A stretch of 64,000 nucleotides of DNA from Lepidodermella squamata (taxonomy: Eukaryota > Animalia > Gastrotricha), in the NCBI GenBank assembly GCA_047495785.1, contig JBLDXI010000009.1:1054001-1118000 (forward strand). The letters run 5' to 3'. Made by a program: the position numbers and the translations under genes. Below, piece after piece: positions 51,392 through 61,860 of the stretch. Each line of letters begins with the position of its first letter. Position 1 is the stretch's first letter. The notes under the pieces are model-generated. The model saw only the letters and a program-made list of their open reading frames with translations, made no database searches and was not told the DNA's origin.

Positions 51392-52150
51392 GTAGATATT
51401 TTTATTTTTAATTTTGTAATATTGTAAATAAAGAGGTCTTAAAACGTGACAATGACTACTAATTGTTGAAGGATCTAAAGAGAAACGTAACGTAACGAAA
51501 ACCGACAGTTGTTATGATTTTCGCATGCGGCCAATCTTAGTTTTAATTTCTTAAAAAACATTCGAAATAAAAAAATTTTATATTTGTGTTATTAAAAAAA
51601 TTAAAATTTAGAAAAACAAAGAGAAATGATTTTTCGCGCCCAACTGTTATGAATTTGAATATGTCGTTTAGTCATTCATTTGTCATCGCACTATATGGCG
51701 TCTTGTTTGTTAAACAAACGTTCAGTAAACGAAGCTGTGTGATTATGTTGTGTGTTGCTGGACTTGCGTCTTGTGCCTGTTTTTCATTTGACTTTCAATT
51801 CATTTTTCTCTACTCTACTACTCTACTGACGAGTTCATAAACATAAGAATAAAAAAATAATAAATAAGGCCTTTCTCCGTAAGGAGCCATTAGGGCCTAA
51901 CCTTTTGTATCATTGTCATCCTTTTCATCGTCCTTTTCTCATTTTAGAAATTCATAAAGACAAATGAAGCGATTAAATGTGTTTTATTAAGCATTACGAT
52001 CTAGTAAACGAATGAAGCGCCTGCTGAGGTGCGAGGTGCTGAGAACTGAGAAGAGAAGCTGTGTGACGTATCGAAGTGATGTATCAAAAGCTCTCATCGA
52101 AAAGTCAGGTGTCAACGAAATTGGAACTTTCGGAACGAAGCTGACTAGAA

Positions 52151-52850
52151 TTAACGAATTGCAGGTCGCTTAGCGTTGCCGTGAGGGCGATAACGCTCAG
52201 CTGACTCGTTGACTTGAGTTACAGGGCACCGGTCGTTGATCGTGAGCTGACGGTCACCAGCGAACAGGCCGATCATCGCCTTAAACTGTACGACGGTTCC
52301 TTCGGCTGGTGGGCTTCGATCGCCGAAAGCCACTGCCAACATCACGCGTTCCGTACCGGCAACGAGAAACCGCCAGCGGATGTCGTCTGGTGTTTGTTTC
52401 GGGAAGACATGGGTCACCAGCCCTTTGACAGCAACCTTCTCGCGATGCTGTTTGTCGACTAAATCGTCAACTGTTAAGAACTCATCTTCGTGTCGTCCCG
52501 CGCAATCGGCCGGGTGTTCGACCTTGGCTGCGTCGACCCACAGCTCGTACTTATGGCCGGTCTCGCTATAACGCGATGCAGCCTAGAAAGTCATGAAGAT
52601 TTGAATGAAATTTCAAGCGCCTGTTCAGATGACTAACCGTTATCGTAGGTTCCGTGACGCGGATGGTACACCCGTTAAACACCATCGAACTCAGGCCCTT
52701 GATAACGACCCTGATCGCGGCACTGTCGTCTTTGATGACAACCGCCGTTTGCGACCCATCGCCAATTTTTTGCGGGGCCCCCTGAATGACACCCTCGATA
52801 AAATATGCGAAGTCACCTTGCCACAGGTCACTAATTATTTGCTTCTCCAT
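52151..52850 (-). CDS. Tandem OB-fold, RPA70 DBD-A/B-like ssDNA-binding protein (214 aa, two exons)
   Basis: A 55-nt intron GTTAGT...TTTCTAG (52637-52583) joins the ORFs 52566-52889 and 52151-52417 in frame. Motifs VIKDDSAAIRVV, AASRYSETGHKYEL (compare RPA70 A..Y.....YE), KVAVKGLVTHV and FAGDRQLTIN. Confidence 0.65.
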
Positions 52851-52911
52851 TAGAAGGCGTCGAAGCGAGAACAAAGTGATAAGAAACACAAGACAACGAC
52901 TTGATAAAAGT

Positions 52912-53285
52912 TGATCGAAAAATTGCTAGTTGCGAGTTGTAGAATCTGCGAAATGGCACGGTAGCCGAAGATTCTGACCTACTCGAGTAATTAATTATCG
53001 ATTGGCGGTGAGATCATACGGCCGACCCGTTGACCTGATCGGCTCACCGCTGCCTATTGTCACCTGTTTTATCTCAGAGCCGGTAAGTCATAATATTAGC
53101 TAGTCTTTTGATTGATTTTCCTGTTAATTGTCATTATATTGCGTAGGTGCTGTGGTGACCTCCGTGCTATGGCTGCTGTTATTGGTTCCTAATGACTAGT
53201 TGCGGCGCTAATTACTGGTTGCGTTTGCGTCAAGTCAGGTTACGACGCGAGACGAGTCTGGCCACCTGCGGTGATCAGTGGGTGT
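52912..53285 (+). ncRNA. Candidate structured non-coding RNA with a 64-nt intron-like insert
   Basis: Serial hairpins with G-U pairs on the plus strand; GTAAGT...GCGTAG AT-rich segment at 53083-53146; no meaningful ATG-initiated ORF in any spliced frame. Confidence 0.35.
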
Positions 53286-53330
53286 GCGCGCATCGCTTTC
53301 AAGAATGAAAAATATGATTGAAATGTCCAG

Positions 53331-56300
53331 TTATTGCTGTACTGTATAAAACAAAATATAAGCTTCGCGATAATGACCAAGAAAATTTGCAGCTGTTTTG
53401 ACTGTATCGTCGTTATAGTGGAAATACGTTTCTGTGCCGGGCTTTCGGGCTATTGTTGTGTAATGTCCATTTGTCGCATTTCTTCCGTGATGGCATACAA
53501 TTGCTGCAAGGTTATAGTTTTTATTGGAAAATGTGATTTGTTCGGGATAAATAACATGCGATAGGTTTTTTTCATTTTGAACTAACTCTGCCTGTCGTAA
53601 ATTTCGTGAAGGCTCAGCGTTGAAGTGTAAATAACGATCAAAGCGGCTGAAATGAATAACTAAATTGCGAGATGAATTTCCAAAAACTATTTTTCTGACA
53701 TGTGAGAGATTGTCTTCGCAATCGGCGCAATGTTTAACTATATTGTTATCTCGGCAGTAGTGGTCTAATCTTTCTTGTAACGTACACTGACTGTTGTCAT
53801 TCGGTAGCAACAAATCGATTATTGACGTACGTTCGACCTGTTCAGTTTCTTTGCTACAAATAGTACATGTATCGTGGAAATGTAGATCAACGCTAAAGTT
53901 ATGTGGTAACTCGGGAGTTTCGAGTTGAACCAATTTTATGAAAACTTCTTGACTATCCTGCTGATCGAAGTTTTCAAATATGTTGGGGTATAGTTTACTC
54001 ATAGCTGTCTTGAACAACGATGCATTCACATTGTTTAATCGATTGTTTATGTGCTGCAATGTGAATAATAGACTGCTGAATATATTATTAACAACGGGGT
54101 CATGTTGTGTCTCGTTAAGCCATGAAATTTGCGCTAGCAACCACTCCTTAAACCCTAAACATGCGTCAAAAGCTTGAATCATAGCATTGATGTAGCAAGT
54201 GTTTCCTATATTTGTTAATCCTGAATTACAGTTAAACAGATGCTGGCTAGATGTTGTGTTCAAATTAGTGCTGCTTGTTTCAACAATTGGACGCATTGTG
54301 CTATTTCTGCCTTCTCTCAGCTTCGTTTTGTTTATTTTAACGCCATCGTCTTCAAGATTTGCTGTGATATTACTGACATAATTTCTTATTTCTTCCTCGT
54401 AATTCCATGCATTTTGATCATCATCCTCATCATCGTCACTCTCGGTTATCGTGGTATTATTAATATTATTATTATAATTATTTATTGCCGCAACAAAAGA
54501 GGTGAATTTTTTACCAAATTTTGCTACCATGTTCGATTGTTCTGTTGCCTGTGTCTCGAAATACGAGTCTAACAATGACTCCAATTTATTGCTCAGTTTA
54601 ATGAGGCGTTCATCTTCTTTCAAGGTTGATAATTTCGGCTTGAAAAAATCGTAATCTGCGGCTGAAAGTTGTTTCAACAATATCACTCCTTTCCGAGTTC
54701 TTGCTCTAGATAATGCTAGATACAGGCTATGCACATCTATCTTATTCATGCTTGCTGGCCGTGGATCTGCTATTATTATGCAATCTAGAGTGCTTCCTTG
54801 TACTGAATGACAAGTTGCGCCATATGCTGGCTGTAAGGGGTAATTGTTTATTGTAAAGGTTTTACCATCTCGAGTCAGTTGAATACTACGAGATTCACGT
54901 TTAATCGGCATAACGCTGGCGGGCCAACTTTGGGGTAAACCTGGAAATCTTACTGAATTGTTGTTACCTTCTATGTCAACAAATATATTAATTGGAGGCT
55001 TGCTAGGTCGCCAAAAAACGCCGTCTTGTGTGAATTCAGTACCTTCGCCCCATTGAATATGTTTTATTGTTCCGCTTGAGCCGTTGGAAACCCCTTTACT
55101 TACCGCCTGATTTACCTTGATTTTTACTGGCATGCCTTCAAATACATGTAAAACCGCTGGTATATTTCCGGTTTTATTTTCTGGTAGCTGAAAAATTGAT
55201 ATCATTTCGGTAATATTAGCACCTCGAATAATAGCGGGTATTTTATACACGCGTCGATGCGGGTTTTCCGTTGCTATTTTCTTAAGTGCGGCCATATTTA
55301 CCATGTGTCGCGTTTCATTATCTGGCGAGACAATAGGTGCATTTCCTACTAATGAATTGAGTTGTGCTAAATCTTCAATCACACACCCGTTTAAAATATC
55401 TTTCATTATTTCTGTCCAATTACCTCTGCGTATCTTTTTGAGCTCTTCGCCCCAGACTGGATCATTGATATATCTGTGTTGTTCAGTTAGATATATAACG
55501 TTGTTTATTGACATATACTTCTCATATCCTAGCTGTGCGAATTTTGAAGCTTTTTTGCCTGGTGGTTCGAAGAGAAACTGTGATCTGACAGGCTCGAGCT
55601 GGAACCAATCTCCTAAAATCATAATTTGAATGTCTGGCCAGGGTTTCGTCAAACTGGTCTGTTTTAAAGCGTAAAGAGCCTCTATTGCTATACCGAAAAT
55701 CGCCTGATTCTGCATGCTTACCTCATCTAGTATCAAGCCATGTTTACCTCGCCATTTATTAATCAAATCATCGCTAGGATTTTTCAAATGATTCGGGATG
55801 TCATTTAATGGTGGTTTCATCGCAAATGCTGAGTGCAAAGTTTCGCCTTTGATAAGACTTGCACTGTTGCCTGTAGTTCCTTCATAACTTATTGCTTCAG
55901 CTAAACCCCACATTTTAAAAAAGTGCTGAATTGCTGATATAGTCTGAGATTTTCCACAGCCTCCGCTACCGATTACTAGAATAGGATCGCATTTTGTGAA
56001 AATATCTGGTAAATTCTCTATTTTAACGTCAAAAGATTTGAGTAAAACTCGACCGGCGAATAAAACGAAAACGTAATGCTGTTTCAAATTGAGCTTGAAG
56101 TAAGCAGACACTTCTGCAAGGGTTGGATATATTTTATTACTTATATTGGGTGAATACTCGACACTTTGGTACTGATTTTTTTTTATCGCTTCAGTTATGT
56201 GTTTCAAGATAATAACATGTGTTTGAGGTGAGTCTATATTTTTGTACAGATTACGTGTGACTTCGCATTCACTTCCAGATACTGTTGAAAAGGCGTTGAT

Positions 56301-59300
56301 TTTTGCCTCATCATTGACTTTTTTCAGCTCTTTATTTGTTACTGGCTTTGTTATTTGTAATTCATCTGTATTATCATCTAACTCGTTCCTAATAATACTA
56401 GTTGTGTCTAATGTGTAATTGACTAAACTAGAAATAGACTCGTCTATGTTTTCCTCGTGAAGGGCTTCTACTATGTCAAGACAATTCGCAGACTTCTGAT
56501 AGAACTTAACTAAGCTATCATCATCTATTGAGATAACCTTGTTGCCGCTGTTATAATTTTCGTTTATTATGTACTCACTCTCCACGGTCATATTTTTTTC
56601 TCTTTCATCCTCTTCTTTTCTAAATTTCGAGCTATCTTCCTGGGCAAAATAAAATTGTTGATGATAATTTAGCTTGCATCGAATCTCTCTTGATTGTTTC
56701 CAATTATTATACGCTGATTTTGCACTGTCCTTTTCATCTAAAAAATCGGCTCTAGGATCTCGGAATGCTTTATACAACAATAGTGCACACCTATAATATT
56801 TCTCAGCATCACCTTCATGTTCGTCTAAATTATCTCGATTGGGTAAGCGCGGGCCTACAATACGTGGGACTACCTGTTGTGGTCTGATGAGGACGCGATG
56901 TGACTCGTATTGTGGATGATTAGGATGAAATTTGTAATGGCTCTTCATCTTTTTCGTAACTTTTTTGTAGCCTAAAACATACCAATACCACGGCATATTT
57001 TCTAGTTCTTTAGGTCGATATAAGTAATCGTATATTGCTGCGTTTCTCTCGAACATACCGTGTTTATTCTGTGTGATTATGCATGACAAATCTTTCTCCT
57101 CTAGCATGTTTAAACCTTGGGTTAAAAGCAAAGAAGCGAAATCGTCAGAGAAATACCCGCCCTGTCCTGTAAGCAGAAAATGAGTAACAAGAGGCGATCC
57201 TATTTCCATCACAGAACTCTCATTAATTGACATTGCTATTAATCGTTGAAGTCCCACGCGATGTTCATTTATATCGAGTTCGTTTTCATTTTTCATTCGT
57301 TTGGATAAGCCAAGAGTAGCTACGTATGCAGCATCTCTGATATTTGCAGCTTTCGCGGAATATTTGGCAGCGTAGATAGCCTTAGATATAGCGCCGCTTG
57401 CTACTAGGCAAATGTCTATATTGAAGTCGTAGATGAGCCGAATCTCTGGACAATAGTTATTTACCCAGGCATTTCCCAATGTTCGCCTAGTATGTGGATG
57501 CAAGTTCTTATTGTCTACGCCAGTTTCTGTTATTAATTTTTGAGGGAATTTGAACCTACAAAGCGTTCGCTTTTTACTTGCTTTTCTAGTTATTTTACCA
57601 CACGTGAAAGTATGGGTGTATCCGTGGATTTGGTCTTTTCGCAAACTTTTGGAGAGCTGAACCGCGCGAACGCGTTTGTTTTGTGAAAATCCTCCAGGTA
57701 ATAACCTGATTTTATTTATGTTTTCATCGCTGATTTCAATTTGTTCTTCAGGGGTGAAATTCTCAGTTTTCATTTCGATTGCAGCATCGATAACCTCATC
57801 ATTGGTATGTGATTTTTGGCATGATTTGCACTTGGCGACTATTGGAGGAGGTGTATTTTTCTGTAGAATGTGCGAGTACATTTTGTCGACTTTTACTGAT
57901 TCCAAATAACCGCTGCAGCCGTCAGCATTACACGGTATTGAATTATCCGCTGGTATGTCCCAAAATATCGGTAATTCTGTTTTAATTAATTCGTTGAGAT
58001 ATTTCAGATACGTGTTGCTAAAATCGACGTCATTCATGAGTTTAATGAAATCATCGCGGTCACGAGGGAGTCCTACTATCCAAGCTACGCCGTGACAATG
58101 GATTCTCAGCCTGGCTTGAGACTCTGGCGCAAAATACAGGCTTTCGACATGACCTAATATACCAGGTTCTTTTTTTGGTTGTTTATTTTTCAAATCAAAT
58201 GCAAATAATATTTCCATTATACAGGTTATGCAGAGCCAGTAATATCGAGCTTGAAGAACGGGGTTTTTACTGACTATGCGGATCATTTCCGATGGCGAAG
58301 GCATCATCCAGCTAGCTAGAGCACGGCTCTCATCTGGCAAGTTCTCTCGTTGGCAGTTTGCTCCGTCCCAAAAAGCGACTAAAAGTGAAGAGTCTGGCTT
58401 TGGTGTAAAAGTGAAGAAAATGGACGGTATTCCACGGTAAATAATCATCGAGTCCAATTTTCGCTGAAAATCAGTACGTTCCTCGTTGCTGCCGAGTCGT
58501 GCAGAGACACTAGCCGATACTGTATGTAATATGTCTCTTTCCTCGTTTTCGGTCAAAACTTTTTCATTGAAATATCGTCGCTGTTTGTCAAGAGAATCCG
58601 ATTGAACCGCTGTAAAAATATCGGCACCTGTCAGCTTCGCTAGGTTAGGTATCACGTGCGGTTTTATTTTTGTTTTAACTTTGAGCTGTCTAATTATGCT
58701 TTCTTTGCTAATATAATCGTAGAGCACTAACTTGAATGTGGGATGAGTTGCAAAATTTTCGGTAGATAACATGAGGTAGTGTTTTGCTAATTCAAATAGA
58801 GTGTAATGATGGGCTCGTTTTTCTTTCAAACCTCCGCATCCGTATTGAAACAAAGAAGGAAAAACTTTTTCAAAAAACAAAATGTCAGTAGCCTTTAATA
58901 TTGTTTTTGATCTGTGAGCAACAAATGTATTTTCTTCTGTTGTCCCGCTGAGAAGTAAGTTAACGGCTTTCTGAGTTAATTTATCTTGTTTATGCTTAGC
59001 GTCTATTATTACAACCTCCGTCTCTGTGATAGCATTCGATTGTGAAATAGAATCATCATCAGTTGTATCAGCGACAGATTTTCGTATTTGTCTAGCATTA
59101 TTGATGAGTTCTCGGGTTAAATTGTCCTCTGGCAATCGAAAAATTACATCATTCATGTCGCCTAATGAACCAGTATTTGTTGGAAAGTTTTTAAATAAAG
59201 GATTTATGCGAATGCATTCTTCATGTAATTGTCTGACAATTTGTGGGTCAAATTCCAACTTCTTAGCCATGAGTAATTCCTGATCGCTTGTCATTGGCCC

Positions 59301-60488
59301 AGCCATGATGACTTTGGAGGCGCCGCCTTTCAAAGTTTGAGGTAAGCTTGATGCAATAGTAGCTTCGTGGTTATCCCAACAAATCAAATGGCTGCTGAGA
59401 TTATTACCAACTCCACCGATGACGACACGTATATTACCGGTTACACGAGCCAGTGATATGCACTGCGTTGCAATATAGCCTGCTTCAGCAAATAAACTAT
59501 TGTTTCCTAATACGAAGTGGTCTGCAATCGCAAATTTAGGAATTCTGAATGATTCTTTTGATCCTTTTGCTAATTTTTTCTCGACTTCGTTTAGGTAATT
59601 CAAAATATCTGTGGTAACCCAACAGAAGTATGATTTTTCTGCTTCATCGCGATAAAAAGACCTCGGTGATAAGAAAAGACGATTTAACCTGGAGTCAAAT
59701 TTATTACAGTCGTATGACTCAAACATAGGATCAGTGGTCCACGGCTTATTACCACAGAAATACACGCGAGCTCTGAAAGGAAGATTATCACATCTGACTG
59801 ATGTACATTCAAACATTGGAGTATAGAGATCAGTAATAAGGCATATTTTGTGATCATATCTGTTTCTCAAGTATTCAATCGCTTCAGAAACAAGTTTTTC
59901 GCGGTATTCGTCACTAGCAACAAATATTTCATGGGATTCATTCAATACTGTCATATCATCGTGGCTCAATAGCGAGGAATCATTAAGCATGCCATCATCA
60001 GTGAGTAATTTAGAATTTGAATCGTTGTCACGGGTAATAATATTAGAATCACGAGTTTTCAAGCATTTAATTTCTCGATACCTTTTTCTGTGAGCAGCAG
60101 CGTTTTTGATTCGCCTCAATTCACGCGAGTTGATGTCCTCCGTTGCACGTTCAATCCTCTTGCGATTTCTATCCTTCTCTAACCTTGTGGGATCAGCTTC
60201 AGATGCCCTTAGGGCACCTACCGCCTGTCTCAGATATTTTAAACGCGACCGCCGAGATTCTGGAGTAACCAAAAAATTTCGGCTACTTGATGGAGCAGTC
60301 GTGTTCGTTGGCAAGGAACAGACTGGTGGTTGTGGGCCGCTATTTACGGCCCTACGTTTTCGATTGACTGCTCGGGAAGTCCCAGGTGCCGTAGATGTCT
60401 GAGGGACTTGTTCGGAAGACTGTGTTGACAAGGCGGTGTCCTGATCTGTAACGTTACCAGGTAGCCGTTTCTTCTGACGCGTTTTCAT
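53331..60488 (-). CDS. Helitron-like Rep-helicase (HUH/Y2 Rep plus Pif1 SF1B helicase) with C-terminal USP/peptidase C19 domain, 2385 aa
   Basis: Rep motifs PSIFFTFT, ESQARLRIHCHG, YAAKYSAK. Helicase motifs GSGGCGKS, LILDEVSM, GDWFQLEPV, LTEQHR, GVSNGSSG, ATCHSVQGSTL, YLALSR. USP motifs GLTNIGNTCYINAMIQ, QQDSQE, HHGRNATNGHY, YNDD, AYILFY. Uninterrupted and intronless. Confidence 0.95.
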   Translation of the reverse strand: MKTRQKKRLPGNVTDQDTALSTQSSEQVPQTSTAPGTSRAVNRKRRAVNSGPQPPVCSLPTNTTAPSSSRNFLVTPESRRSRLKYLRQAVGALRASEADPTRLEKDRNRKRIERATEDINSRELRRIKNAAAHRKRYREIKCLKTRDSNIITRDNDSNSKLLTDDGMLNDSSLLSHDDMTVLNESHEIFVASDEYREKLVSEAIEYLRNRYDHKICLITDLYTPMFECTSVRCDNLPFRARVYFCGNKPWTTDPMFESYDCNKFDSRLNRLFLSPRSFYRDEAEKSYFCWVTTDILNYLNEVEKKLAKGSKESFRIPKFAIADHFVLGNNSLFAEAGYIATQCISLARVTGNIRVVIGGVGNNLSSHLICWDNHEATIASSLPQTLKGGASKVIMAGPMTSDQELLMAKKLEFDPQIVRQLHEECIRINPLFKNFPTNTGSLGDMNDVIFRLPEDNLTRELINNARQIRKSVADTTDDDSISQSNAITETEVVIIDAKHKQDKLTQKAVNLLLSGTTEENTFVAHRSKTILKATDILFFEKVFPSLFQYGCGGLKEKRAHHYTLFELAKHYLMLSTENFATHPTFKLVLYDYISKESIIRQLKVKTKIKPHVIPNLAKLTGADIFTAVQSDSLDKQRRYFNEKVLTENEERDILHTVSASVSARLGSNEERTDFQRKLDSMIIYRGIPSIFFTFTPKPDSSLLVAFWDGANCQRENLPDESRALASWMMPSPSEMIRIVSKNPVLQARYYWLCITCIMEILFAFDLKNKQPKKEPGILGHVESLYFAPESQARLRIHCHGVAWIVGLPRDRDDFIKLMNDVDFSNTYLKYLNELIKTELPIFWDIPADNSIPCNADGCSGYLESVKVDKMYSHILQKNTPPPIVAKCKSCQKSHTNDEVIDAAIEMKTENFTPEEQIEISDENINKIRLLPGGFSQNKRVRAVQLSKSLRKDQIHGYTHTFTCGKITRKASKKRTLCRFKFPQKLITETGVDNKNLHPHTRRTLGNAWVNNYCPEIRLIYDFNIDICLVASGAISKAIYAAKYSAKAANIRDAAYVATLGLSKRMKNENELDINEHRVGLQRLIAMSINESSVMEIGSPLVTHFLLTGQGGYFSDDFASLLLTQGLNMLEEKDLSCIITQNKHGMFERNAAIYDYLYRPKELENMPWYWYVLGYKKVTKKMKSHYKFHPNHPQYESHRVLIRPQQVVPRIVGPRLPNRDNLDEHEGDAEKYYRCALLLYKAFRDPRADFLDEKDSAKSAYNNWKQSREIRCKLNYHQQFYFAQEDSSKFRKEEDEREKNMTVESEYIINENYNSGNKVISIDDDSLVKFYQKSANCLDIVEALHEENIDESISSLVNYTLDTTSIIRNELDDNTDELQITKPVTNKELKKVNDEAKINAFSTVSGSECEVTRNLYKNIDSPQTHVIILKHITEAIKKNQYQSVEYSPNISNKIYPTLAEVSAYFKLNLKQHYVFVLFAGRVLLKSFDVKIENLPDIFTKCDPILVIGSGGCGKSQTISAIQHFFKMWGLAEAISYEGTTGNSASLIKGETLHSAFAMKPPLNDIPNHLKNPSDDLINKWRGKHGLILDEVSMQNQAIFGIAIEALYALKQTSLTKPWPDIQIMILGDWFQLEPVRSQFLFEPPGKKASKFAQLGYEKYMSINNVIYLTEQHRYINDPVWGEELKKIRRGNWTEIMKDILNGCVIEDLAQLNSLVGNAPIVSPDNETRHMVNMAALKKIATENPHRRVYKIPAIIRGANITEMISIFQLPENKTGNIPAVLHVFEGMPVKIKVNQAVSKGVSNGSSGTIKHIQWGEGTEFTQDGVFWRPSKPPINIFVDIEGNNNSVRFPGLPQSWPASVMPIKRESRSIQLTRDGKTFTINNYPLQPAYGATCHSVQGSTLDCIIIADPRPASMNKIDVHSLYLALSRARTRKGVILLKQLSAADYDFFKPKLSTLKEDERLIKLSNKLESLLDSYFETQATEQSNMVAKFGKKFTSFVAAINNYNNNINNTTITESDDDEDDDQNAWNYEEEIRNYVSNITANLEDDGVKINKTKLREGRNSTMRPIVETSSTNLNTTSSQHLFNCNSGLTNIGNTCYINAMIQAFDACLGFKEWLLAQISWLNETQHDPVVNNIFSSLLFTLQHINNRLNNVNASLFKTAMSKLYPNIFENFDQQDSQEVFIKLVQLETPELPHNFSVDLHFHDTCTICSKETEQVERTSIIDLLLPNDNSQCTLQERLDHYCRDNNIVKHCADCEDNLSHVRKIVFGNSSRNLVIHFSRFDRYLHFNAEPSRNLRQAELVQNEKNLSHVIYPEQITFSNKNYNLAAIVCHHGRNATNGHYTTIARKPGTETYFHYNDDTVKTAANFLGHYREAYILFYTVQQ

Positions 60489-61860
60489 AATAAATGACCA
60501 AAATGTATCTAAATGATGAAATGCAAAAATTTTAGAGAATGTCTATCCAAAAATGCATTTCTGCGTGTTAATGAGTGGCTCTACGATACAATTCTACTCG
60601 TCCTCATAGGCTATGGTCACTTTGCAAGCGAAAACGTGAGATGCACATTCTATATCGTACAAGTGACGACTGGTTCTTCGGATAGGTAGTAAATATTTTC
60701 TGCACCCTTGCCTTAGGCAAGTTTTGTAGAAAAAAACGCCAACGGCATGTTATAATTGGCCAAACTGGGCGCACCGAGAGGCATCAAAGCTCGATAGCAA
60801 ACCGAGTCGAAAATTTTGCGTGATTTCGCCTCCTAATTGAAAATGCCTAATACCAATTACCGAGCACAAAATTCCATTCTTCGGCACTGAACTAGCGGCT
60901 TTCCATGTCAAACGCCGGCTTTGCGTGGGGGCTGATTTTTTTAAGAAACGACCTGATTTTATGAATTGCAGTTGATGTGGTACAATACAAAATAAAATGG
61001 AAAATTTCCCACGCCTTGAACAACCAGGGCTTAATAAATAATATATAGGGCGGCGGCAATCGGCAGACTATGCTCGGCAGGCTCGCGAATAGGCGCACGA
61101 GTACGGAAGGATGCGGCAGTGCAGCGGACGAGGCGATGAAGGCGGGTTGCCGAGTTAGCGTCATGTGAAGCTGCTCAATGCTCGAAACGGCTGTACCTTG
61201 CTACAATCAAGCTACCTTCTCATTGGTTAGTTGGCAAAGTCTCTCAACGCTCAACGCGATCGGAATGCGGTCCAGCTGAAAAATTCCAAATAACGAGTGG
61301 ACTGAAGTCGACACTTCTCCGAGGCGAACATTGGCCTTTCAACTACAACTACACAAACAACGCTTTGCTGGATGATGCCAGTCGACTGATCAAAGAAAGA
61401 TCGAAAGATCAATGAAGTTTGACAGCCAGCTTGTTCTACATCTAATTATTTGCAGCTAAGATCTCACCCATCAGCTCGCATCGTGTGATGGTGTGAATTT
61501 CTAGCAACTTAACCAGAAGTTGAATTGCAGTAAACCAGAACAGAATAAAATGTGTTTATGTCTGTTTGGCCGTTCCTACGTACGTTTCTAACCGGGGGCT
61601 TGTGGCTTCAAGGGTAGAGAACAGAGAATGGTGGCCACGTAAGCTCACGTAAGAAGTGAGAACGAAAGAAAAATCAATGGCGGACGACGGAAACATGCAA
61701 CCCAATGCGAAAAATTTGAATATTCATAATATCAAAGATATTCAAATTCAGTTTCTGGAAAATATATGTTTATTTATAAAAAAAGAATAGTATTTGAAGT
61801 CTTGAGCTGCCGCAGGTGTTACGGACGGAGAAAAACTAGGGAATCGGCTTCCGCCTAACA

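Noticed and set aside
51826-51860. CTGACGAG hammerhead-like core
   Set aside because: The conserved GAAA after stem II is missing (reads AAAA) and no stems I/III are evident.
53195-53254. CTAG|T plus a nearby hairpin as a canonical Helitron 3' end
   Set aside because: The hairpin is imperfect and ~22 nt away. The matched inverted repeats and hairpins at 51354-51391 and 61864-61892 fit better and enclose the RPA-like gene.
60892-61700. Small ORFs or exons in the Helentron 5' region
   Set aside because: No consistent spliced frame or recognisable motif could be assembled.
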